Of a stretch of DNA of 64,000 nucleotides, positions 36,079 through 44,750 are shown piece by piece; the stretch's first letter is position 1; every line of letters starts with the position of its first letter. Position numbers and translations under genes: made by a program. Source of the DNA: Prevotellaceae bacterium (lineage in GTDB: Bacteria; Bacteroidota; Bacteroidia; Bacteroidales; UBA932); contig JAISFN010000096.1 of NCBI GenBank assembly GCA_031263585.1, forward strand, positions 2,849 through 66,848. The letters are read 5' to 3'. The notes under the pieces were generated by a model that searched no databases, was not told the DNA's origin, and was given only the letters and a program-made list of their open reading frames with translations.

Positions 36079-37392
36079 ATGTTACTGCAATTAGTTTTTG
36101 TATTAGTCGCTATTATAATTGGCGCCCGTTTAGGGGGGATAGGGCTTGGCGTGCTGGGAGGAATAGGGCTTGCTATCCTCACTTTTGTGTTCGGGCTTGA
36201 GCCGACATCGCCTCCTATTGATGTTATGTTGATGATTGTTGCGGTGATAGCTGCCGCATCGTGCATGCAGGCTGCCGGAGGCTTGGATTTAATGGTAAAA
36301 ATGGCCGAAAAACTTTTGCGTAAAAACCCCAAACGAATAACCCTGTTAAGCCCCTTTATAACTTACTTGTTTACATTTGTGGCAGGTACTGGGCATGTGG
36401 CATACTCCGTTTTACCCGTGATATCCGAGGTTGCCGCCGAAACAAAGATACGCCCCGAGCGCCCGCTGGGTATTTCGGTAATTGCCTCGCAACAAGCCAT
36501 TACAGCCAGTCCTATTTCGGCGGCAACCGTTGCTTTATTAAGTATGTTAAGCGGTTACGGCATTAGCTTACTGAATATTTTAATGGTGTCGATTCCCTGT
36601 ACCTTAGCCGGGGTTTTTGCAGGAGCCTTATATTCTTTAAAAGTAGGTAAGGAACTGGAGGATGATCCTGAATTCAAAAGACGGATAGCTTCCGGCGAGT
36701 TCAGCGTTAACCGGTACGAAGCTGTCGATGTGAAAAATAAACGTTCGGCATCGTTTTCTATAATCATATTCATGGCGGCAACGGCGGGGATTATCCTGTT
36801 CGGCTCTATCGAAAGTCTCCGGCCGGCTTTTATGACAGAAGGGGTGGAAACCCGTTTAAATATGTCGTATATTATCGAAATTTTGATGCTTTCGGCTGCC
36901 GCCCTTATCCTGATCATTACTAAAACAGACGGGCTTAAGGCGACACAAGGCTCGGTATTTACGGCTGGTATGCAGGCTGTAGTTGCTATTTTCGGTATTG
37001 CCTGGATGGGCGATACGTTTATTGCCGGAAACATGACCGAGCTGAAAAGTTCTATCGAAGGTATTGTAACGCAAATGCCCTGGTTATTTGGTTTGGCCTT
37101 GTTCCTTATGTCGATTCTTTTATTCAGCCAGGCGGCTACGGTCAGGGCGCTCGTGCCTTTGGGCCTTACATTGGGTATCTCTCCATACATGTTAATTGCG
37201 CTTTTTCCGGCGGTAAACGGGTACTTTTTTATACCGAACTACCCGACCGTTATAGCCGCAATAAATTTCGACCGCACGGGGACAACACGCATTGGTAAGT
37301 ATATTTTAAACCACTCGTTTATGATACCCGGTTTAATTGCTACAGCAACGTCCGTTTTGCTAGGGTTATTGCTTATACTATTGATATGGTGA
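36079..37392 (+). CDS. Anaerobic C4-dicarboxylate transporter, DcuA/DcuB family
   Basis: 437 aa. It is collinear with E. coli DcuA as I remember it: ...IIIGARLGGIGLG..., AVIAAASCMQAAGGLD, LLRKNPKRITLLSPFITYLFTF.AGTGH, QQAITASPISAA. Confidence 0.9.
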   Translation: MLLQLVFVLVAIIIGARLGGIGLGVLGGIGLAILTFVFGLEPTSPPIDVMLMIVAVIAAASCMQAAGGLDLMVKMAEKLLRKNPKRITLLSPFITYLFTFVAGTGHVAYSVLPVISEVAAETKIRPERPLGISVIASQQAITASPISAATVALLSMLSGYGISLLNILMVSIPCTLAGVFAGALYSLKVGKELEDDPEFKRRIASGEFSVNRYEAVDVKNKRSASFSIIIFMAATAGIILFGSIESLRPAFMTEGVETRLNMSYIIEILMLSAAALILIITKTDGLKATQGSVFTAGMQAVVAIFGIAWMGDTFIAGNMTELKSSIEGIVTQMPWLFGLALFLMSILLFSQAATVRALVPLGLTLGISPYMLIALFPAVNGYFFIPNYPTVIAAINFDRTGTTRIGKYILNHSFMIPGLIATATSVLLGLLLILLIW

Positions 37393-37681
37393 AATTTGTA
37401 AGTAGTTAAGGGTTAAAATATTTCTACGCACGTATCACTACGCGCAATTTTTTTAATTTTTATCCTTTTATCATGATTAAGCGCTCGAAAAAATTCATAC
37501 GGTAGCGGGGGCTAAAAGCTGTTGCGGTTTTGCAAATCGTACTTTGCTTGAAAATTTAATTGAAAATGATGCTCTAATTTTATAATTATCAAATTAACTA
37601 TCCATTTTTAATTGTCAATTATCCTATCTGCGCGCCGATTGTTCGGTTTAGCTTGCGCCAAGTTGAATTTATATAAACAAG

Positions 37682-37816
37682 CTGAGGTTGTCTCAAAAGT
37701 CGGAATCCAATTCGTTTCTGTTATTTTAAATGGAGATAACAACATTATTATAAATAAATTATATTCTTAACTTCATTCGGAATGACAACTCGGAGGACTT
37801 TTGAGACAGCCTCCAG
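37682..37816. repeat. 135-bp element bounded by roughly 20-bp inverted repeats (family B)
   Basis: The left arm is CTGAGGTTGTCTCAAAAGTC (37682-37701). The right arm is GGACTTTTGAGACAGCCTCCAG (37795-37816). They match 19/21 with one gap. The interior contains a ...TTCATTCGGAATGAC... motif. Confidence 0.7.
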
Positions 37817-37877
37817 GTATAACTCAAACAAGGCGCGGGTCACAAGCGCCGCGCCAGCCGGAGGAGCTAATTGCCCG

Positions 37878-39398
37878 TTATTTTAACTTGTGCACAACCA
37901 GCTTGTCGTTATGCAAATATACAAGATAATCGGGGTTCAGGAAACGTAACTGGCTTTGCATGCCTGACCCCGACCGCAATTCGATATTTTGCACGGCGGT
38001 TTGTTTCAAGCTTTTCAAGTCGATATCCCTCAGCAGGCATTTGTCGCCATTGTCATGGCTTTCCCACACCAGCAGCCTGAGCGTGGCGCCGTTTGCCGCC
38101 ACAACGGCGTCGAGTATCTTGTACCCGAAATCGAGCTTGAACTTTTCCTTGTCGTACATCAGTTTACTTTGCACGAGGGGCAGGCGGCGGGTTTCGCCGC
38201 TTTCAACGTTCCATAGCTCGTTGCTGAACTGTGTAATTACGTAAGGGTAGGCCATGATGTTCGAAAACATATAGCCGTCGAGTTTTTTGGCATAGCCCGG
38301 CGGGTAGGTGAAAGGGTAATGTTTGCTGAGGTAAACGCTGTCGGGCGTATAAGCGAATTTCGCAAGGAAACCGCGGCCCTCCTCAGCCTGTCTCAAATCC
38401 ATAATAATGCCGTCGTCCGTCGAATACATTAATTGCATTGATACATCTTCCCCCGTATGCTTGATTTTATTATGCTCAAAGCCTTTCAGGGGAATATACC
38501 GCCTGGTTTTACCTGCGGGGTCGATTTTCCAAAAACCTGTATAGGGTACGTTAGCAACAACTTGAACCGATTCGTTGTCGGTTTTTTGGATCTTTGCAAG
38601 CTCTTCCCTTACCGCTTCGGGAAGATCGGGGAGATCGGCGAGATCGGAGAGTCGCAGCTCGTTGTCGATTATTGGAATGTTTATGTTTATAGGAACCCAG
38701 CCGCCGCCGTTATGCAAATTTTGGCAATAGGGTAGTTTCACCCTGTCGAAACCGTATCCGGCCGTTTGGGACATTTGTTGTTTATATAGCGGCACAGGGC
38801 AGAGATCGAATTCCTCAACAAGGGGCAAGGCCTCGAAAGCCGCGGGATCCGACAGGCTGAAAACCGGTTCGAGGGTTTTCTTGTCCAACATGTATATTTG
38901 TTCGAAAAAAGGGTCGACTATGGTTAGATATTTATCAGACAATGCGATATAGGCATTTTTAAACGATACCGAATCGGGGAAGCTCACTTCGGCGGGCAAA
39001 GCGGGAGCGCCGCCCTTGGGAATATCGCCCTTAAAAGCATGTAACATCCAGCGTCCAAGCTCTTTATCATCGTCTTTCGCAATCACTTCCGACAGTATGT
39101 TTTCCTGTCCGAGGGCATGGTACAGCGAATCAGATTTTTCAATAAATACATTTTTCACGCCCTGCAAACCGTTCATATACCTTTTTAGGATAATGTCCAC
39201 CTCTTTGTCGCTTGTTTTCTCTTTAAATACAAGGTAAACGGGCATGTCCTCTTCCAGCCTTGCAAGGTACATCGATCCGGCATAGCAGTTTGTACAGTCG
39301 TTTTCAAATACTTTAACATACACCTTTTTTTGCGCGCTTAATTCGGAACCGAAAAGGCAAGCAAAGATAAAGATAAGTAAAAAACCGTGTGTTTTCAT
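37878..39398 (-). CDS. Secreted protein of unknown function with an N-terminal beta-strand-CxxC (thioredoxin-fold-like) start
   Basis: The signal peptide is MKTHGFLLIFIFACLFGSELSAQ, with the start taken at the internal Met 39398. It is followed by KVYVKVFENDCTNCYAGSMYL. I do not recognise the remaining 450 aa. The gene is visibly GC-richer than the window average. Confidence 0.6.
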   Translation of the reverse strand: MKTHGFLLIFIFACLFGSELSAQKKVYVKVFENDCTNCYAGSMYLARLEEDMPVYLVFKEKTSDKEVDIILKRYMNGLQGVKNVFIEKSDSLYHALGQENILSEVIAKDDDKELGRWMLHAFKGDIPKGGAPALPAEVSFPDSVSFKNAYIALSDKYLTIVDPFFEQIYMLDKKTLEPVFSLSDPAAFEALPLVEEFDLCPVPLYKQQMSQTAGYGFDRVKLPYCQNLHNGGGWVPININIPIIDNELRLSDLADLPDLPEAVREELAKIQKTDNESVQVVANVPYTGFWKIDPAGKTRRYIPLKGFEHNKIKHTGEDVSMQLMYSTDDGIIMDLRQAEEGRGFLAKFAYTPDSVYLSKHYPFTYPPGYAKKLDGYMFSNIMAYPYVITQFSNELWNVESGETRRLPLVQSKLMYDKEKFKLDFGYKILDAVVAANGATLRLLVWESHDNGDKCLLRDIDLKSLKQTAVQNIELRSGSGMQSQLRFLNPDYLVYLHNDKLVVHKLK

Positions 39399-39418
39399 CT
39401 TGTCATCCAAAAATAAAT

Positions 39419-39459
39419 AATTGCAAGTTATTAGCCTGGACAGGCGATAACTTGCAATT
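39419..39459 (-). terminator. Perfect 13-bp stem hairpin between two same-strand genes
   Basis: AATTGCAAGTTAT-(15 nt)-ATAACTTGCAATT lies 18 bp after the stop of 39477-39830 and 9 bp before the ORF start at 39410. Confidence 0.5.
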
Positions 39460-39476
39460 ACAATGTTAAACGATTA

Positions 39477-39830
39477 TTATTGTATTTCGATATTAATTTC
39501 TCCGGTAGTGGAGGTAATCGATTCCCCATCGGGGAAAACTATGGTTATAGGGTTTTCGGCATCTGGGTTTAATGTGCTTCCCGACTGCAATAAAATAGGA
39601 GTTTTGGAAATGATAATAAAACATATCTTAGATGTGTCGCGGAAACAACCTACGAGCATTCCTCCATTAGCCTGTGGTACAGCACCAACAAATTGACCAT
39701 AAGCAACTGTAATAAAAGCTTCCGTTCCCATATCACCCGGTTCATAGTATTGTCCCTCGCCCGGCATATTAGCCTGTGCCACAAATAAACTTGATAATAA
39801 AACGCTTAACGTAATAATTAGTTTTTTCAT
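39477..39830 (-). CDS. Small secreted protein of unknown function
   Basis: 117 aa. Signal peptide MKKLIITLSVLLSSLFVAQA, with two Cys in the mature part. Confidence 0.55.
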   Translation of the reverse strand: MKKLIITLSVLLSSLFVAQANMPGEGQYYEPGDMGTEAFITVAYGQFVGAVPQANGGMLVGCFRDTSKICFIIISKTPILLQSGSTLNPDAENPITIVFPDGESITSTTGEINIEIQ

Positions 39831-40245
39831 AGTGTAATGAATTTTTTAATGAATAAAATTGGATAATTTTTATGTTACAAACATAGTTGTTTATTTTGAA
39901 GCACAATTGTTAAATAGTAATAACTAATGTTAAAATAAATACAAGGCTTCGCGCTGGAGCGGTTTGCAAAGCCGCCCCTGCCTTTATATTTTTTTTAAAT
40001 TTATTGAACATTAGTGTAACAAATCGAAAAAATCATCGTTATATATATAACGGAGTTAAATAGCAAGACTTTTATGTGATAATTTAATAATTTATATGAA
40101 GAGCGAATTTGAAAATTACCTTCACATTCTCTGATTTTTCTTCCGCTGCTCCTCGTTTCCTGACGAGAAATGGCGAGGAGTTATTATTTTACGCTTTACC
40201 GTTCGCGATTAACAAAAAGTCCTGATATTGTATTGGAAATAATTG

Positions 40246-40253
40246 TACATTTG
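40246..40253 (+). promoter_or_regulatory. Bacteroidota -7 box (TAnnTTTG) upstream of tldD
   Basis: TACATTTG ends 37 bp before the ATG at 40290. It lies inside the longer annotated ORF, which supports the internal start. Confidence 0.45.
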
Positions 40254-40289
40254 AACAAAAAAATTTTTCACATTCAAAATCCACTGAAC

Positions 40290-41807
40290 ATGAAATACAC
40301 CAGACGTAATTTTCTCAAACTTGGCGGCTCGGCAGTGTTAGGAGCAGTTATGCTACCTCAATTCTTGCAAGCGCATGCCCCAAATTCTCAGGAAGGAATC
40401 GCCGCTATTCTTTCAAATTTCGGCGTTGATAAGTCCGATTTGCAAAAGGTTATTACAGCAGCGCTTGAAAAAGGCGGCGATTATGCCGATTTGTTTTTTG
40501 AAAACTCATTTTACAATAGCCTTACTTTAATGGACGGGGCGGTGAATCGCGCTTCGTCGAGTATCGATTTCGGAATGGGAGTACGCGTATTGAAAGGCGA
40601 TCAAACAGGCTATGCTTATGTTGAAGATATTAATCTTGAAAACATGCTGAAAGCCGCGCGTACAGCCTCGGCAATAGCGTCGGGGAATACCAGGAAGCTT
40701 TCCTTAAGTGTTAACGAAAAGAAATTCCCGGCTTATTATTCGGCCAAAAATGACTGGAGGGATATTACAATCCCCCAAAAAGCGCCTTATTTGCAAAAGC
40801 TTAACGACGCTATTTTTAAAGCTGACACGCGCGTGGTAAAAGCTTCGGTATTTCTTTCCGACTCAACATCTATTATTATGTTTTATAACTCCGAAGGTAC
40901 GTTTTACACTGATTATCGCCCGATGGTGGTTTTAGGCGCCAACTGTACCATGGAGCAGGAAGGGAAAAGAGAAAGCGGCGCAGCTAACCGTGCTTATCGC
41001 CATGGTTTTGAATTTATGACTGACGATGTTGTCAATCTTTTGGCAAAGGAATCGGTTGATTTGACTTCGAAGATGTTTGAAGCGGTTAAACCCGATGGAG
41101 GCGAAATACCTGTGGTTATGGGCGCCGGAGGCTCGGGTATATTATTGCACGAAGCTATAGGCCATGCTTTTGAAGCCGATTTTAACCGGAAAAATATTTC
41201 GATTTTCTCGGATAAACTGAATAAGAAAGTGTGTGATGAACATATAAGTGTTGTTGACGACGGAACTATTGTGAACAATCGGGGAGCCGTTAGCATTGAT
41301 GATGAAGGCGCTGAAGGACAAAAAACATATATTGTAAAGGACGGTATACTTACAAGTTATTTGCATGATCGTATCAGCGCGAAGCATTATGGCGTGGCGC
41401 CTACCGGCAACGGGCGCCGCGAGTCGTTCCGCAATATGCCTATTCCGCGTATGCGTGTAACGTATATGGAAAACGGGAATGTAAGCGAACAGGACATTAT
41501 ATCGTCGGTAAAAAAAGGTATATATGTTAAACAATTCACGAATGGACAGGTAAATATCGGGGCTGGCGATTTCACATTCTTTGTAAAATTAGGTTACTTA
41601 ATTGAAGACGGTAAACTTACCCAACCTATCAAGGATATTAATATTATCGGGAACGGGCCTAAGGCGCTGGCCGATATTACAATGGTAGCCAATAATCTGG
41701 AGTTGGATAACGGTGGTTGGACATGCGGAAAGGACGGGCAATCGTGTCCGGTTACTCAAGGTATGCCTTCGGCATTGGTAAAGAAACTTACGGTAGGTGG
41801 TAAGTAG
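40290..41807 (+). CDS. tldD: TldD-family metallopeptidase with a twin-arginine (Tat) signal peptide
   Basis: Start at MKYTRRNFLKLGGSAVLGAVMLPQFLQAHA, a perfect T-R-R-x-F-L-K Tat motif. The zinc motif LLHEAIGHAFEAD is present, along with the family C-terminal GxC...G region. Confidence 0.85.
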   Translation: MKYTRRNFLKLGGSAVLGAVMLPQFLQAHAPNSQEGIAAILSNFGVDKSDLQKVITAALEKGGDYADLFFENSFYNSLTLMDGAVNRASSSIDFGMGVRVLKGDQTGYAYVEDINLENMLKAARTASAIASGNTRKLSLSVNEKKFPAYYSAKNDWRDITIPQKAPYLQKLNDAIFKADTRVVKASVFLSDSTSIIMFYNSEGTFYTDYRPMVVLGANCTMEQEGKRESGAANRAYRHGFEFMTDDVVNLLAKESVDLTSKMFEAVKPDGGEIPVVMGAGGSGILLHEAIGHAFEADFNRKNISIFSDKLNKKVCDEHISVVDDGTIVNNRGAVSIDDEGAEGQKTYIVKDGILTSYLHDRISAKHYGVAPTGNGRRESFRNMPIPRMRVTYMENGNVSEQDIISSVKKGIYVKQFTNGQVNIGAGDFTFFVKLGYLIEDGKLTQPIKDINIIGNGPKALADITMVANNLELDNGGWTCGKDGQSCPVTQGMPSALVKKLTVGGK

Positions 41808-41832
41808 TTATTAACCTGAAAAAAAGAATACA

Positions 41833-43152
41833 ATGATTTCAAACGAACATAAAAAAATAGCACAGCAGGCTATGGAATTTGCGCTTAAAAATGGAGCTCA
41901 GGCTTGTCGCGTAAATATTTCGGCATCAACGAATACCTCATTCGAAATGCGTGATACCCAACTTGACCGTCTGGAGCAGGCTTCGGAAAACGGAATGAGT
42001 ATCGAACTTTATGTCGATGGGCGTTACGGCTCGGTATCATCCAATAAATTGAACAAAGAGGATATCGAAAGACTGATTAAAAATGGTATTGATGCCACTC
42101 GTTTCTTAGCCGAAGACCCTTTCCGTAAATTGCCCGATCCGTTGAGATATTATAAGGGTGAATCACCTGATTTACAACTAATTGACAATAAACAGAATTC
42201 GATTTTACCCGATGAAAAATTGACACTGGCAAAATCGGTTATCAATGATGTTTATGGAACCGATAACCGGATTATTTCAACCGAATCGAGTTATAGCGAC
42301 GGCGATTATTTTACTTACAAAATTACCAGCAACGGTTTCGAAGGCGAAAGCGGAAGTACATGGTATAGCTTAGGCGGTAGCGTTGCCTTGAAAGGCGAAG
42401 GTGATGCGCGTCCTGCGGGCTATTGGTACGAGTCGGCCATTTATTTCGATTTGCTGAATAAAACCAATATCGGCAAAACAGCGCTGGAGCGCGGTTTGAA
42501 AAAACTAGGGCAAAAGAAAATCAAGTCGGGCAAATACCCGATGATTCTTGACAACCTGTCGAGTGGGCGTTTGCTGTCGCCGATGATTAATGCGTTATCG
42601 GGCGGTGCATTGCAGCAGAAAAGCTCGTTTTTGCTTGATAAATTAGGCGAAAAAATTGGTTCGGATAAATTTACATTAATCGATAACCCACACATTGTCA
42701 AGGCATCAGGCGCACGGTATTTCGACTATGAAGGTATTGCTACACAAAAGCGTACAGTGTATGAAAAAGGTATTTTAAAAACATACTTCATTGATACGTA
42801 CAATGCTTTAAAAATGAACACACAGCCGACTATCAGCGGAGCATCGTTGCTGGAAATGGAATTGGGGCAGAAAGATTTTAACAGGATGTTAAAAGATATT
42901 AAATCGGGTATTTATGTAACCGGATTTAATGGTGGTAACAGCAACGGCACAACTGGCGACTTTTCATTCGGTATCGAAGGTTTTTTGATTGAAAACGGCG
43001 AACTTACACAACCGATTAATGAAATGAACATTACCGGCAATATGGTTAGCTTATGGGCTAATTTGGCCGAAGTAGGTAACGACCCTCGCTTGACGTCATC
43101 GTGGCGCATCCCTTCGTTATTATTTAATAATGTTGATTTTAGCGGATTATAA
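41833..43152 (+). CDS. pmbA: PmbA/TldE-family protein (TldD partner), no signal peptide
   Basis: 439 aa. It has TldD/PmbA-family blocks (...GIYVTGFNGGNSNGTTGDFSFGIEGFLIENGELTQPI...), lacks the HExxxH motif, and starts 25 bp after tldD. Confidence 0.8.
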   Translation: MISNEHKKIAQQAMEFALKNGAQACRVNISASTNTSFEMRDTQLDRLEQASENGMSIELYVDGRYGSVSSNKLNKEDIERLIKNGIDATRFLAEDPFRKLPDPLRYYKGESPDLQLIDNKQNSILPDEKLTLAKSVINDVYGTDNRIISTESSYSDGDYFTYKITSNGFEGESGSTWYSLGGSVALKGEGDARPAGYWYESAIYFDLLNKTNIGKTALERGLKKLGQKKIKSGKYPMILDNLSSGRLLSPMINALSGGALQQKSSFLLDKLGEKIGSDKFTLIDNPHIVKASGARYFDYEGIATQKRTVYEKGILKTYFIDTYNALKMNTQPTISGASLLEMELGQKDFNRMLKDIKSGIYVTGFNGGNSNGTTGDFSFGIEGFLIENGELTQPINEMNITGNMVSLWANLAEVGNDPRLTSSWRIPSLLFNNVDFSGL

Positions 43153-43196
43153 ATATCTTACCGAGATAAGCATTATAGCTTAGTTAATAATTTTGT

Positions 43197-43228
43197 GAAG
43201 GTGTCCTCGCACGGATGCCTTCTTTTTT
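43197..43228 (+). terminator. Rho-independent terminator after pmbA
   Basis: GAAGGTGTCC-tcgcac-GGATGCCTTC is followed by TTTTTT. Confidence 0.65.
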
Positions 43229-43436
43229 ATGGAGATATATTAAGTTGGGGATGTTTATTTCGGTATCGAAAACTATTTTCTTTATCTTTGCACCAATAAT
43301 TGTTAACAATTTAGCCGGTTTTTTGTTAATTAGGCCGGTATTGTTTTATTAATTGAATTTAAATATTGTTGCATTATAAGTTAATTTTTTGTAATTTGCA
43401 ATATTTAACTTAAAAACAAAATATTTTATCTGCTTA

Positions 43437-44570
43437 ATGGATAATAACTTTATAGCGAATTTATTAATCAGTCTTTTAGCCGAATATAACAGGATATCGT
43501 TGCCTTGCCTCGGTAGTTTTATGGGGCAATATAAGCCTGCTTATTTTTCGGATGACGGCAGTACAATATATCCCCCTTCGAAACAAATTGAATTTCATCA
43601 GAATGAAATATGGAATGATGAGCGTTTGGAAAAACTTATTGCCGAACGTGAAAATATTTCGCTGGGCGGAGCAAAAGAAAAAATTGCCTTTTGGATTGAT
43701 GATATTTGTGTTAGATTATCGATGGGTGAAACAGTAAGTTTGCCTCATTTCGGAGAGTTTGTGGTATCATATGGGAACCGCTTGAAATTTATCCAGTATA
43801 ATGAACGTAATTTATTATTGGATTCGTTTGGCTTCGAACTCATGAAGCTGGAAACAGGAATACTTCCTGCTTTTGCGCCGGAACCGTCCTCCCCTGATAA
43901 TAAAAACAGGTTTAACAATCTCAATACGAATAATAATACACTGCCTCCGAAGAAAAAAATATCACTTGGATGGCTGTGGATTACCTTGTCGTCATTATTC
44001 TTATTTGTAGTACTGACTATAGCGTTAATTCATTTCCGTATTGTAAACCTCCCCGATAGCGTACTCGATAAATATCCGTGGATAGAATACTATTTAAGAG
44101 ATAAGGGTGATAAAATTGATGATCGTTCGTTATTCCTTGCTGATGAGGATTACGATTACGATTACGATAATTATAAGCAATATGTCGATACGATACAAAC
44201 GCAAATAACACCTCCACTTATTGATACTGGTACTGTTATTACCGATTCGTTACTATATTTGAGTGACTCAACAGAAATAGTGATTAATGATTCGATAATA
44301 AACGATACTATTTCTGTCTCAATCAATGAACTATATCATATTGTGGTAAATACGACTAACAATTACAACGATGCCCGTACAATTGCCAAGGAGTGGGCTA
44401 AAAAAGATTATGTAGTGCAAATACTTTATACTGAGGATAAAGAGCCGTACAAACTGAGTGTTGAGTATTACAACAGTGAAAAGGAAGCAAAAAATAAACT
44501 CGAAGAGCATAAAAAAAACGACAGTGCGTTTAAAAATGCTGTAATTTTTAAACACATTGCCGAAGAATAA
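43437..44570 (+). CDS. HU-like (HU-CCDC81-type) N-terminal domains, one TM segment and a C-terminal SPOR domain
   Basis: 377 aa. ...RISLPCLGSFMGQYKPAYF... and ...VSLPHFGEFVV... are HU-like repeats. The TM helix is LGWLWITLSSLFLFVVLTIALI. The SPOR-like tail is YHIVVNTTNNYNDARTIAKEW...YKLSVEYYNSEKEAKNKL. Confidence 0.7.
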   Translation: MDNNFIANLLISLLAEYNRISLPCLGSFMGQYKPAYFSDDGSTIYPPSKQIEFHQNEIWNDERLEKLIAERENISLGGAKEKIAFWIDDICVRLSMGETVSLPHFGEFVVSYGNRLKFIQYNERNLLLDSFGFELMKLETGILPAFAPEPSSPDNKNRFNNLNTNNNTLPPKKKISLGWLWITLSSLFLFVVLTIALIHFRIVNLPDSVLDKYPWIEYYLRDKGDKIDDRSLFLADEDYDYDYDNYKQYVDTIQTQITPPLIDTGTVITDSLLYLSDSTEIVINDSIINDTISVSINELYHIVVNTTNNYNDARTIAKEWAKKDYVVQILYTEDKEPYKLSVEYYNSEKEAKNKLEEHKKNDSAFKNAVIFKHIAEE

Positions 44571-44635
44571 ATTTGAAGTCTGTTGCATAATAAGTTATTG
44601 ATCATACGACAAGTAAGTAATAATAATTAACGGAA

Positions 44636-44724
44636 TAGTTGCTGTTGTCATGCTGAACGCAGTGAAGCATTTTGTATCTCGTTACATAAATAGATCCTTC
44701 GTTTCACTTAGGATGGCAAAATAT
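44636..44724 (+). repeat. MITE-like intergenic element, family A, copy 2
   Basis: TAGTTGCTGTTGTCATGCTGAACGCAGTGAAGCATTTTG...GATCCTTCGTTTCACTTAGGATGGCAAAATAT is about 80 percent identical to the reverse complement of 48541-48630 over about 90 bp. Confidence 0.85.
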
Positions 44725-44750
44725 AGCAATAAATTCTTTCGACTATTTAA

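Noticed and set aside
36555-37190. Long antisense ORFs inside well-supported genes (for example 36555-37190 in dcu, 8929-9336 in bamA, 21508-21861 in nth, 58261-58737 in the aminotransferase, 29253-29672 and 28344-28619 in the 706-aa gene, 11522-11944 in uppS)
   Set aside because: Each lies entirely within, or largely overlaps, a gene with strong motif support on the other strand. Their translations are low-complexity with no recognisable motifs. They are typical shadow ORFs.
40170-40289. The longer 545-aa form of TldD starting at 40170, and similar long N-terminal extensions of kdsB to 34695, murI to 6700, DUF2148 to 21417, the O-methyltransferase to 16266 and the acidic protein to 15410
   Set aside because: The extensions are non-conserved-looking, AT-rich translations. 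They bury a promoter box (tldD), a terminator hairpin (murI) or the divergent promoter region (DUF2148). The internal Met restores canonical N-termini such as the Tat signal or MKIVALIPARYG.
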